From a virus (taxonomy: Duplodnaviria; Caudoviricetes), in IMG/VR virus record IMGVR_UViG_3300014208_000104, positions 1 to 30,299 of that record: a stretch of DNA of 30,299 bases; one strand, written 5' to 3'. The notes under the pieces are model-generated. The model was given only the letters and a program-made list of their open reading frames with translations, was not told the origin of the DNA and ran no database searches. This document shows positions 15,850 through 24,975 of this stretch, one piece after another (positions within the stretch are counted from its first letter, which is position 1; every line of letters starts with the position of its first letter). The translations under genes and the position numbers were made by a program.

Positions 15850-16490
15850 GCATTTTGCAGTTTCTTTCCAAGAACGACACCACCAAACAGGTCCGGGGCG
15901 CGCACAGCGACATCCTGCCTTTCGTCCCCGTCGGCGGTAACTACATGGAGTGGGCGCGCAAGGGACAAATCTTCGTCGGCTCCACCACGACCGCCGCGAT
16001 CATCCCGAAGTTCGACGACACCACCAACGTCCCGACGCTCTGGAACCCCGCCGACTCCGGGAAGGCCATCGTCCCGATCTCCCTTTCCGTCTCCTATCTC
16101 GCGGAGGGAACGGAGATCATCCATAGCATCCTACTCGGCTACAAAACCAATGCGGGATCGGCGCTCGGCACCGCCGCGCCCTTCTCGGTGTTCACCGAGG
16201 TCGCGCCGGTTTCGCTCAACATCGGCAGCAAGGTCGCGGCCGTGGGCAAGTGGTCCCCGGCTACCAACACCGCCACTGCGGCCCATACCTACCTCATGAC
16301 CCTTGGCATGGGCTTCTGGACCGAAGGCACCGCCGCCACGTCTTCGCCCTATTCGGCCATGGAATACGAGTTCAAGGGCCGCCTACTCATGCAGCCCGGA
16401 ACCTCGGTAATCGTCTGCGCCGACGCCGCGTCTTCGACCACGGCCTACGTCTCCCTCGTGTGGGCCGAACTGCCCCTCGAATACCTCTAG
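15846..16490 (+). CDS. Putative virion structural protein
   Basis: SD GAGGAG; Thr/Ala-rich; TLWNPADSGK, LLMQPGT, SLVWAE; capsid-like codon bias. Confidence 0.65.
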   Translation: MSILQFLSKNDTTKQVRGAHSDILPFVPVGGNYMEWARKGQIFVGSTTTAAIIPKFDDTTNVPTLWNPADSGKAIVPISLSVSYLAEGTEIIHSILLGYKTNAGSALGTAAPFSVFTEVAPVSLNIGSKVAAVGKWSPATNTATAAHTYLMTLGMGFWTEGTAATSSPYSAMEYEFKGRLLMQPGTSVIVCADAASSTTAYVSLVWAELPLEYL

Positions 16491-16496
16491 CCGTTT

Positions 16497-16546
16497 AGCG
16501 GGCGGGGTGGGGTTCTCCCTCCTTTCTCTGCCTTGCCCGCTTTTTT
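16497..16546 (+). terminator. Intrinsic terminator with pyrimidine-rich anti-SD loop
   Basis: 16-bp stem (16497-16512/16526-16541, with G-U pairs), loop TTCTCCCTCCTTT, T6 tract. Confidence 0.75.
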
Positions 16547-16557
16547 AGGAGGATCGT

Positions 16558-17250
16558 ATGGTATCGCTCGCCAACGTTAAAGCCTTCCTCCGCATCACCG
16601 ATACTGATGCGACGCGCGACGCGCTGATATCGCTCCTCATCCCCATTGTCTATGCTGACATCGTGGAAGAGTGTAACAATCTTTTCCGCGCCCCTGATTA
16701 TGACCTCACCTCCGACGCGATCTACTTTGACGTGACCGGATCGACATACAAGATACTTCTTGACGCAGGCGGATTCACCGCGCAGGGCTGGCCGACCGGG
16801 GGCAACCTCATGGTGTCCGGTTCGCGGCAGAATGACGGGATCTTTACAATCTCCGCGCAGGCCGATACCTATATCACGACGACCGAAGCCATTGTTGACG
16901 AGATTCAGACCGCGACGGCATATGACGTGCGGATCGACCTCTGTGCATTCCCCAAGCCCCTCGAACTGATCGCCTCGCGCATGATCGGCTATCAGCTCGC
17001 CAATTCAAACAGTGCCGGGCTTACGTCCATGCGGCTCGGAAATTATTCGGAGACCCGGCAGGTTTCGCGGGGTGGATATCCCGACGAGATATTGGCTTCG
17101 CTGCATCCATGGAAGAATCACCGCGTCGGGCGCGGCACAGTGCAGTGGCATATCAACGAAAACCGGACCTATTTCCCTGTTACCGTGACCAGTACCGAAG
17201 GCACCACGGTTGATGTTACCTACGAGACGGGCGGACACCATGGGTATTGA
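16558..17250 (+). CDS. Head-tail adaptor (gp15/gp6-like) with inserted beta domain
   Basis: MVSLANVKAFLRI...DALISLLI...ECNN; S-x-x-LGNYS; YPDEILASLHPW. Confidence 0.8.
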   Translation: MVSLANVKAFLRITDTDATRDALISLLIPIVYADIVEECNNLFRAPDYDLTSDAIYFDVTGSTYKILLDAGGFTAQGWPTGGNLMVSGSRQNDGIFTISAQADTYITTTEAIVDEIQTATAYDVRIDLCAFPKPLELIASRMIGYQLANSNSAGLTSMRLGNYSETRQVSRGGYPDEILASLHPWKNHRVGRGTVQWHINENRTYFPVTVTSTEGTTVDVTYETGGHHGY

Positions 17251-17578
17251 CCGATTCTGGACGCAATCCATATACGTCTATAACTTTGCGGCCTCCGCAA
17301 CATGGCCCTTTGATGAAACATGGTCGCAAATTACGGGCTCGCCGTTCAAGGGCTCGGTGACGGAATTGTCCGGGGATCGAGCGATAGTCGGTGGCTCAAG
17401 CGAGGCACGGGCGGACATCATGGTCACCATGTCCACGGCAAATGCAGTGCTGAACAAGCACAAGATCAAATGGAACAGCCGCAAGTTCGACGTAGTCCAG
17501 ATTAAGGCTTTACCGGAACTTCCATCCCATCATCAGGAAATCTACTGCAAGGAAAACCTCGAGGTGGTGCTACCATGA
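17240..17578 (+). CDS. Head closure protein (gp16-like)
   Basis: Position; IKWNSRKFDV...HHQEIYCKE. Confidence 0.7.
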   Translation: MGIDRFWTQSIYVYNFAASATWPFDETWSQITGSPFKGSVTELSGDRAIVGGSSEARADIMVTMSTANAVLNKHKIKWNSRKFDVVQIKALPELPSHHQEIYCKENLEVVLP

Positions 17579-18003
17579 TCGGCGTAACTATCACCCCGAG
17601 CCAGATTGACTACTCGAAGATAATCGACGAGAAAACCGTCGAGAAGATCATCAAGGGCGAATGCGTCATTTTGGCCGGGTTTGCTAAAGAACTTGTTCCT
17701 GTCGATACTGGGCAATTAAAAAGCTCTATCATGTGGGCGACGTCGCAGGATAAGGGCGGCTTGAATGAAGGCGGCGGAGAACCGACTAGCGCCTTTAATT
17801 ACCTTGATCCTCCGAACGAAAAAGAAACGGGCTATGTAGGTTCGCATCTTGAATATGCGGGGCCTGTCGAGTATGGGATAAAGGATAAGCCACAATATCC
17901 TAGACAGCCTTATTTGCGCCCGGCTATCGACTATAGCAAGAAGGTACGGGAAACGAGGCGAGCGGGAATCATTCGGGCGGCTATAAAGGAAGCCTACAAA
18001 TAA
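17575..18003 (+). CDS. HK97 gp10-like tail completion protein
   Basis: PVDTGQLKSSI, YAGPVEYG, QPYLRPA. Confidence 0.85.
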   Translation: MIGVTITPSQIDYSKIIDEKTVEKIIKGECVILAGFAKELVPVDTGQLKSSIMWATSQDKGGLNEGGGEPTSAFNYLDPPNEKETGYVGSHLEYAGPVEYGIKDKPQYPRQPYLRPAIDYSKKVRETRRAGIIRAAIKEAYK

Positions 18004-18398
18004 TGGCTAGCACCTCCATAGAGCAAGCGCTAGACGTAAAGCTCAGGGCCTCTACAGCGTGGCTTGCGACGTTGACGGGGGGATTATACCCATATAGCGC
18101 GCCGGACACGCCTATGGAGCCCTATGCCTTCTATAGCGTCATTTCCGACCCGACAGAGGAAGAGGCTTTTGAGAATACGGATACGGGGATAGCGAGAATC
18201 CAATACGACTTCGTAGTGAATAGCAAGGCGCAGAAGTCAATCGCCCTCGCGGCCCGAAAGATTCTGAATCACCTCGCCTCGTTTACCGATGGCGTGAGCG
18301 TGACTTCGATTGTGGCGAATGGCGTTCGCGATATCGAATTGACCGGTAACGCATGGCAATTCCAGTTTGACGTTATGGTGCAATATACAAGGGTTTAA
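18003..18398 (+). CDS. Tail terminator (DUF3168/gp17-like)
   Basis: Position; LYPYSAP...PYAFY...RIQYDF. Confidence 0.75.
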   Translation: MASTSIEQALDVKLRASTAWLATLTGGLYPYSAPDTPMEPYAFYSVISDPTEEEAFENTDTGIARIQYDFVVNSKAQKSIALAARKILNHLASFTDGVSVTSIVANGVRDIELTGNAWQFQFDVMVQYTRV

Positions 18399-18407
18399 GG
18401 AGGAAGC

Positions 18408-18563
18408 ATGTGGGCAAGTTCTGAAAATAGAGGCGGATGGACTAGTACTGATTCGGCAATGAATTGTATTGAATGCGGATACCTTCTATCGGGAATAGAA
18501 TCGGTCCATTTGCATTATACTGATGAATGCTATGGAGAATATTGTCGGAGAAATAATGGATAA
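18408..18563 (+). CDS. Small Cys-containing hypothetical protein (51 aa)
   Basis: SD AAGGAGG; CIEC...ECYGEYC. Confidence 0.55.
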   Translation: MWASSENRGGWTSTDSAMNCIECGYLLSGIESVHLHYTDECYGEYCRRNNG

Positions 18564-19191
18564 AATTAGGCGCATCGCTCTAGTCGGAAACGGTGCTACT
18601 ACTCGGGCATCAGATAATTTCGAAGGGGAGATATGGACGACGGCGAGCGTGGCGAAAATCCTCCCGCGCGTTGATCGCGTTTTCGAGGTTCACAAGGAAT
18701 ACGACGCGCCGAGGCTGAACGGGTATGACTGCCCGATTATAATGAACGGGCCGCATTCGGACATCAAGCATTGCGTCGATCTTGGGATTGGGGAGCTGGT
18801 CGCTGAGTATGGCCCCATATTTCAATTTTCCTACGACTACATGATGGCGCACGCGATGGAAGCGAGAATCAAGGATATCACGCTTTTTGGTATCGATCTT
18901 GCGACCGACGACGAATACGAGCATATGCGGCTGAGCTTCTACTACTGGATCGGGGTACTCCGTGGGTCCGGGGCGACGGTTCGGGTGTCGGAAGGCTCGG
19001 CGATTCTGCAAGGCGACTGGCAATATTGTCACAAGGCAAACCGTGTGCGTGATTGGGTCAACGCGCGAATCCCGCTAATACGGGATAAGCTCGCCGAGGC
19101 AGAGGACAATAGGGACGTGGCGGCGTCTAGGGCCGACCAATTCAGAGGATACCGGGAAGCACTCGAAGATATGTCCCGGTTAGGAGTGTAA
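18556..19191 (+). CDS. Maf/sialyltransferase-like (GT42/GT29/MptE-like fold) putative glycosyltransferase
   Basis: SD GGAG before ATG 18556; IALVGNG near N-terminus; SYDYMMAHA...IKDITLFGIDL; C-terminal coiled coil. Confidence 0.6.
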   Translation: MDKIRRIALVGNGATTRASDNFEGEIWTTASVAKILPRVDRVFEVHKEYDAPRLNGYDCPIIMNGPHSDIKHCVDLGIGELVAEYGPIFQFSYDYMMAHAMEARIKDITLFGIDLATDDEYEHMRLSFYYWIGVLRGSGATVRVSEGSAILQGDWQYCHKANRVRDWVNARIPLIRDKLAEAEDNRDVAASRADQFRGYREALEDMSRLGV

Positions 19192-19194
19192 ATA

Positions 19195-19695
19195 ATGAGC
19201 GCATCTACCCGCTCCAATGGCTACGATTGGCGGCTCAAGCTACTCACTGTCGTGACGTGCACCGCATGTTCGACCAACCCCGACTCTATTCGATTCATAG
19301 CGACTACCTGTACGGTTGTCGGCGGGTTCGATAGCATCGGTGGGCTCGGCGGTACTTTCGACGTTGACGACAATGTTGCGTTCGAAGACGCCATGCACCA
19401 CACCGTCATCGGCCCCGCAAACTATGGCCCCGTCGTGGCATCGGGCACCTACGACCCCCTTGAGACCTCGCAGAAGGCAATTTTCGGTGAGATGGTCCAC
19501 GAAGCCGGGGGCGCGACCACCGTTCGGCCCACGACTCGCGTATGGGCCGCAGTCGATACTGTCAACAAGCGTTCGCATCGGTTCAAGGGACGTTTGATCG
19601 AGTTCATCCCCGGCCCTGCGGGCGCGCGCGGGAAGGTCCCGGTCAGCATCAAGATTGCCGTGGATTCGATTCCTCAGGTCTGCACCACGGCGTAA
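19195..19695 (+). CDS. Putative tail tube (major tail) protein
   Basis: Upstream of the chaperone/tape measure genes; beta-rich; HRFKGRL...KVPVSIKIAV; SD AGGAG. Confidence 0.7.
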   Translation: MSASTRSNGYDWRLKLLTVVTCTACSTNPDSIRFIATTCTVVGGFDSIGGLGGTFDVDDNVAFEDAMHHTVIGPANYGPVVASGTYDPLETSQKAIFGEMVHEAGGATTVRPTTRVWAAVDTVNKRSHRFKGRLIEFIPGPAGARGKVPVSIKIAVDSIPQVCTTA

Positions 19696-19700
19696 AAACA

Positions 19701-19748
19701 GGCGGCGTCAATGCGCGAGGCAGCCGGTTCGAACCCGGCCGCCGCCCA
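19701..19748 (+). ncRNA. tRNA-like mini-element (acceptor stem plus T-arm, no D or anticodon arm)
   Basis: GGCGGCG/CGCCGCC 7-bp stem; GCCGG-TTCGAAC-CCGGC T-arm; 15-nt connector. Confidence 0.7.
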
Positions 19749-19765
19749 TGGGTAAAGGAGCTATT

Positions 19766-20155
19766 ATGATCGAACTAAAAGAAGGGAATATTGGTACCAT
19801 CGGCAAGGGTGCTAATATGGTGACCTATCGCTATCGCGGCATGACCGGCGAGGAGCAGGCGCGCTATATTAATGACGCCATCAGACTGGCTGGAAGCCAA
19901 GACGGCATATCCTATGTCGATGTTGCCAAGAATCACGTAACGAGCATCGATAATCTTTTCGAGAACGACGGCAAGACACCCATAAAAACCATCGCGGAAT
20001 ATCTTGCGACGACAGATCTTGACGGAGCAGGATATGGCATTATGGCGATGGGCATGGAGATCTGGAACCGAACCAATGGTATCAATAAAAAAAAATCATC
20101 GCCGCCTTCTACGCCCGAAGCAAACGCTACGGCTCCTACCGCCCCGAATGCATAA
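19766..20155 (+). CDS. Tail assembly chaperone (gpG-like)
   Basis: SD AAAGGAG; lies between tail tube and tape measure; contains A9 slippery run. Confidence 0.75.
   Translation: MIELKEGNIGTIGKGANMVTYRYRGMTGEEQARYINDAIRLAGSQDGISYVDVAKNHVTSIDNLFENDGKTPIKTIAEYLATTDLDGAGYGIMAMGMEIWNRTNGINKKKSSPPSTPEANATAPTAPNA
20087..20095 (+). promoter_or_regulatory. Programmed -1 frameshift site (A9)
   Basis: AAT AAA AAA AAA TCA; the -1 frame is open from 20089 to 20430. Confidence 0.75.
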
Positions 20156-20430
20156 TCCCCGCGCTCACCGGGGTGACATCGTGGACGATAACGGTTGAGA
20201 ACAAGGAGGGCGAAGACGTAGAGGAGGGGGACGTTGAGTGGTTTATTCCGGGCTTCGGCGTCGATGAGGAATATCTGATGTGGGAACGGATCTATATCCG
20301 AGCTCGCGATCAGGGAAGAATGCCTTATGCCGGGGGATGGCTTGATGGGCTGCATCAGCATAATGAGCTGATCGACTTTTTCACGCATTTAGATTGCGCG
20401 ATACAGGAGCAGGACAATGGCAACGGTTGA
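20089..20430 (+). CDS. Frameshifted chaperone extension (gpT-like)
   Basis: KKIIAAFYARSKRYG...RMPYAGGWLD...; no independent start near the 5' end of the frame. Confidence 0.7.
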   Translation, partial: KKIIAAFYARSKRYGSYRPECIIPALTGVTSWTITVENKEGEDVEEGDVEWFIPGFGVDEEYLMWERIYIRARDQGRMPYAGGWLDGLHQHNELIDFFTHLDCAIQEQDNGNG

Positions 20431-22183
20431 CGAAATAAAGATAGTAGTCCGGGCCGAAGTCGATGCCGCTGTGTCGAAGATGCAGCAGCTTGATAATGTC
20501 AACAAAAGCAACACAAAAACCGGCGTTGACCTTGCAAAATCGATAGCTGGATATACTACGGGATACGGATTGGCCGTTCAGGCTGCACAAGCAATCATAC
20601 GGACCGGGGTTGACTTAATAAAAACATCGGTCCAATTAGCTGCCGCTCAAGAACGCGTGAAAATGGAATTTGCGGTTTTGACGGGCAGCATGGAAGTGGG
20701 CAATAAGCTGTTTGCTCAAATGAATGCACTTGCGGCACAGACGCCGCTCGAATTATCCGACATTGCGGCCGCAGGGAAACAGCTATTATCAGTCGGTATC
20801 CCGGTTGAAGAGATAACGACCAAACTTCGACTTCTTGGTGATGTTGCCATGGGCAACCCCGAAAAACTCCAGCGCCTCGTGGAAGCCTTTGGACAGCTAA
20901 AATCCAAGGGCGTCGCTAGCATGGAACAGCTCAATCGATTCGTCGAGGCGGGTGTCCCCATTATGGCGGAGTTACAAAAACAGACCGGGAAATCGGGTGA
21001 TGAAGTATTTAAAATGGTTTCTCAGGGGAAGATCGGTTATGCCGAAATAACAAAGGCCCTCGAATCCTTAACCGGGGAAGGCGGCCTGATGCATGACATG
21101 ATGAAGCGTGTCGCGGAAACCACGGAAGGAAAGTTTTCGACCGCATTGGATAATGCAAAAAATAAGCTTATTGAATTGGGTAAAAACTTATTGCCTGTTG
21201 CCACAGCGGCATTGGATGCATTCAATAATGCTTTGGGAGGAACAGAAAAGGCTGTCGCTCCCAAGAAATCATATACTCAGCAATATGAAGATGCAAAAAA
21301 CGAAATCGCCAAATCTACCGAAATGGTTAAGGCGCTTAAGGACGCACTTGCGAAATCAGGAGACCAGCCAGCCGACTTGCGGGCGGCATTTGTTCGGAAT
21401 ATAACCGCGTCGCTTGAAGAAGAAAAAACAAAAATACAGTTATTCAGCCTTATGATTCCGGCGTTGGAGGCAAAGGCTGCCGCTGAAAAGGCTGCCGCTG
21501 ATGCATTAAAGCCAAAGGTGACCCAATTCGTGGGGGCAGGATATCTTCCCGCACTTGAATCTGGCCCATCATCGCAATATATGCTTGATAGAAGTGCGAT
21601 GGCAGAGGACCAAACTGAAGCATTGACAAAGGCTTATGTTGATTACGGCGATGCAATGTTGACGGCATCCAAGATAGCATCAACGCAATTCATTCCGCAT
21701 CTTGGGAAACTCATAGACGACACAAGAGAGCTGACCGACGCTGAAAAAGAATTGCAAGTCAATCAGCAACGGCTCGCCGATCTCATGGCGTCAGGATTAA
21801 CCGACTCGATAATGGCGCTCGGCGAGGCCATGATAACCGGTCAAGATGGGTGGGATAACTGGGCGGCCTCGGGGCTCAAAGCTATTGCGCAACTTGTCGC
21901 GGAATGGTCGAAGGCCCAGATATTGCTCGGCATCGGGAAACTCATGGGGGGCGACATGACCGGCTTCGGTAATATCGCGGCGGGCTCAGGTGGAGCCATA
22001 CTAAGCGGAGCCCTAAGTGGTTCGGCGAGCGAGCTGGCTAACTCTAAAAAACAGGGCGTTGCCTCTCGTGGTATGACCTATGTCGATAATCGAAAAACCT
22101 ATGTCGCGGGTTCGGTCATACGCGAGAGGGATCTTGACAATGCCGGGAACCGTGCAGAGATGCGGCGAAGCAGGGGGTATTGA
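20417..22183 (+). CDS. Tape measure protein (short, 588 aa)
   Basis: AAQTPLEL...LGDVAMG...GQLKSKG...EQLNRFVEAGVPI tape-measure domain; helical, Ala/Gly-rich. Confidence 0.9.
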   Translation: MATVDEIKIVVRAEVDAAVSKMQQLDNVNKSNTKTGVDLAKSIAGYTTGYGLAVQAAQAIIRTGVDLIKTSVQLAAAQERVKMEFAVLTGSMEVGNKLFAQMNALAAQTPLELSDIAAAGKQLLSVGIPVEEITTKLRLLGDVAMGNPEKLQRLVEAFGQLKSKGVASMEQLNRFVEAGVPIMAELQKQTGKSGDEVFKMVSQGKIGYAEITKALESLTGEGGLMHDMMKRVAETTEGKFSTALDNAKNKLIELGKNLLPVATAALDAFNNALGGTEKAVAPKKSYTQQYEDAKNEIAKSTEMVKALKDALAKSGDQPADLRAAFVRNITASLEEEKTKIQLFSLMIPALEAKAAAEKAAADALKPKVTQFVGAGYLPALESGPSSQYMLDRSAMAEDQTEALTKAYVDYGDAMLTASKIASTQFIPHLGKLIDDTRELTDAEKELQVNQQRLADLMASGLTDSIMALGEAMITGQDGWDNWAASGLKAIAQLVAEWSKAQILLGIGKLMGGDMTGFGNIAAGSGGAILSGALSGSASELANSKKQGVASRGMTYVDNRKTYVAGSVIRERDLDNAGNRAEMRRSRGY

Positions 22184-24975
22184 TGGCGCTTAAGTATCTG
22201 CCAAAGTCTTGGCGCGACGACATGCGCACCAACTTCGCGCACAAGCATAACTTCTACATCAATCCGCGCAATCGCGTTTTCCCCGCGATGACCTCGGCGG
22301 GCGTTACCTATATCAAGAACGATGTATCCACCAATATGCGCGGGACGTATCGGATGCAGTGCGGGGCATCGACTAACTTGACCTATCTCTACACATTGCC
22401 ACAGCGGTTTATTTTAGAAGGGTGGTTTAAGCCTGAGTTTGCGTATGATGTAGCCTGGTACCAGACGATATTTGCGGCGGCCGATGCTGCGGAGTTTTCG
22501 CTAATCTACAACGCAACCACAGACAAGTTCGACATGATCCAAAGTCACGGCACCACGCTTTCGTCGACCGCATTTACGGCAACGGCCGATTTGCAAAAGT
22601 GGGTTTATGTTCGGGCCTTCTACGACAATTCCGCGAAGTTGGCTGGCCTGTACATGACGGTCAATGGTGTTTCATATTCCGATGCTCAAAACGTGCCCGG
22701 CGCTGGTCCATTCCTTCCCCTCAATGCAATTGCATTTATGCCCGCCGTGGCGGCCGAATCTTCCTATTGGATCATCCACGAGTTGGACGAAACGCTCGCG
22801 ACGGGAGACTACAAAACCTACAAGGCCGACCGTCAAATCATATTCGACTTCAACGGCACAACGCTGGGCCGAGAACGCCTCCGTATTCCGGTTGTCCACG
22901 AGGTGGCCGATGATCGCGGAGTGCTTGCCTTCGATTTCCGCAAGGGGGTCGATGCGCCGATGACGGGAAATCCTGGAGCCAATTCGGCGGGTATAACATT
23001 TAAGAATATAAATGGGCAATTTAGCGATGATCAATATGATGCATTTGACCCATTCAATGGGCGGTACAACGGGACACAGAAATATTTGCAGAATCGTGTA
23101 CCCATAGAAATCGACAGCGAGTCACCCGCGAACACTGTACGCGATTCTCTTCTGGCTCACTATTCATTCCACGCCAGCGATGGTACCGACAATTCTGGCT
23201 ACGGCAACACCATGACATTAAGCGGTGGCACATTCCTAGATGGCAACTATGATAAGCTGCTCGACCTGAACGGGACCACCGATTACGCGACCATGCCTAA
23301 GCAAACACTCGCGACGGGGACTCTGTGTTTCTCGTGGAAAACAGCGGTTAACTCAGACACGCATATTATATTCTGCAATAATGTATCTTCGGCTGGCAAC
23401 TTGTCGTATATCCGGCAAAGAACGGGCGGAGCATTGCTTATACATGTAAGCAATGGCGTTACCGATGTACCGCGTACACTTGCAAGTTACTTCCTATATG
23501 ATAATATAGAACACAATTATGCGATTACAATAACTACAACAGCGATACTATGCTATCGTGATGGGACGTATATAGGCGGTTGGGTTGAGGGATGGACTGG
23601 GTATAGCTTGAAGTTATATTATGTCGGTAGATACACCGGGGCCGGTTACTATAGCGATGGGTCGATTGGAAATATAAGAATATATAATGCGGTTAAGAGC
23701 GCAACACAGATAGCCGAAATGTCCGCCGACCCCGCAGACTGGGGCGCCTTGTCCAAAATGGAGCCGCTATTCATTGGTCGTACGGTTCCCGGTGCATTCC
23801 GTCGCACCAGCCCGAGCAAGTACAATGGCGAGGCGCGCGTCGAGGCGGAGGATTGCGTTGCGGAACTGGGCGAGGCGAGGCTTCCTGTTGCTTCGGCATT
23901 TGATACCTATAAACTAAGTGACCCTACTACTGAGGCATCAAGCCTATTCCATGCGATTACGCGCCTTGTGACGAAAAAAGAGATCCGCAATTATGCGCTC
24001 AATTCATCGATTGAAAACGCGACAATAGCGAATAGCTGGACAAACTCTGGTATGGCGACATTTGAGCGATCTAACACCTATGCGCAATTCGGCACCTACT
24101 CAATGAAATGCATCGCCGATGCGGCCGGAGATAAGGTAACGCAGATAATAAAGTTTGAATCGACCGACAAGATAGATGTTGGCGACGTATTTAACTTTTC
24201 GGCATTCATTCATCAGGGCACGGCATCGACGGTCAAAATACAAATAGAGGAATTGACCTCGGCCGGGACCTTGGTCGGCTCAGCAAGCGAAACCGCATGT
24301 GGGACCGATATTGACTTATTTACTCGTGTTAATGTCTCTCGAACTATACTTTCATCGACCTGCACTGAACTGCGGATTACGTTTTATGCTGTTGGCGCTT
24401 CAACATTTTATGCCGATGGCGTTATGCTGACTCGCGGCATAGATGCACTCGATTATTTTCTACTCAATGCGACTGATGGTTCGGCGGGGGCTGGGAGCGC
24501 GGATTCGGCGGCCACCACTACCTATGACACGATAGCCATTGATGCTGAATCGGTCAATGTAACACATCCATGGGTTGAGGTGGAAAGAAATGATCAACCA
24601 TGGTCGCACCTCAAAGCAATCGGAGCGGCATCGCTCGCCTCATATCTCGGGGCTACTCCTGACAATGTGCTGACTATGCGGGTCCGCTACAACGAAACCG
24701 ACGAGGACATCAATGGCGACGTTGAGGACATAGGCAGCATCGGCACGTCGTTATCGGCAGATGGAATTAATTCGATTGCGGTTTATGGCTCGCAGGTTGT
24801 CAAGGAAACGGGCGAGGAGCTATTATATTCCGGGCAGGCAGACGACCGATGGACGCATGACGGGGGGAAGCTTTTGTACCATGCCATAGCAAGCGGGGCT
24901 TTCGCCGCCCTCTCGGGCGCTACGGAGCACGAATTGAAATATGACGATAGTTTTGATGCGGGGAAGTTCCAATAA
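22183..24975 (+). CDS. Large tail protein with LamG/concanavalin-like and carbohydrate-binding-like domains
   Basis: LEGWFKP; DNSGYGNTMT...FDLNGTTDY-like...IGNIRIYN (LamG-like); NYALNSSIE...FYADGVML (CBM-like); follows tape measure. Confidence 0.75.
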   Translation: MALKYLPKSWRDDMRTNFAHKHNFYINPRNRVFPAMTSAGVTYIKNDVSTNMRGTYRMQCGASTNLTYLYTLPQRFILEGWFKPEFAYDVAWYQTIFAAADAAEFSLIYNATTDKFDMIQSHGTTLSSTAFTATADLQKWVYVRAFYDNSAKLAGLYMTVNGVSYSDAQNVPGAGPFLPLNAIAFMPAVAAESSYWIIHELDETLATGDYKTYKADRQIIFDFNGTTLGRERLRIPVVHEVADDRGVLAFDFRKGVDAPMTGNPGANSAGITFKNINGQFSDDQYDAFDPFNGRYNGTQKYLQNRVPIEIDSESPANTVRDSLLAHYSFHASDGTDNSGYGNTMTLSGGTFLDGNYDKLLDLNGTTDYATMPKQTLATGTLCFSWKTAVNSDTHIIFCNNVSSAGNLSYIRQRTGGALLIHVSNGVTDVPRTLASYFLYDNIEHNYAITITTTAILCYRDGTYIGGWVEGWTGYSLKLYYVGRYTGAGYYSDGSIGNIRIYNAVKSATQIAEMSADPADWGALSKMEPLFIGRTVPGAFRRTSPSKYNGEARVEAEDCVAELGEARLPVASAFDTYKLSDPTTEASSLFHAITRLVTKKEIRNYALNSSIENATIANSWTNSGMATFERSNTYAQFGTYSMKCIADAAGDKVTQIIKFESTDKIDVGDVFNFSAFIHQGTASTVKIQIEELTSAGTLVGSASETACGTDIDLFTRVNVSRTILSSTCTELRITFYAVGASTFYADGVMLTRGIDALDYFLLNATDGSAGAGSADSAATTTYDTIAIDAESVNVTHPWVEVERNDQPWSHLKAIGAASLASYLGATPDNVLTMRVRYNETDEDINGDVEDIGSIGTSLSADGINSIAVYGSQVVKETGEELLYSGQADDRWTHDGGKLLYHAIASGAFAALSGATEHELKYDDSFDAGKFQ

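Noticed and set aside
19701-19748. Functional tRNA gene or att-site tRNA fragment
   Set aside because: No D or anticodon arm; both acceptor strands are present and no integrase is nearby, so it is kept only as a tRNA-like element
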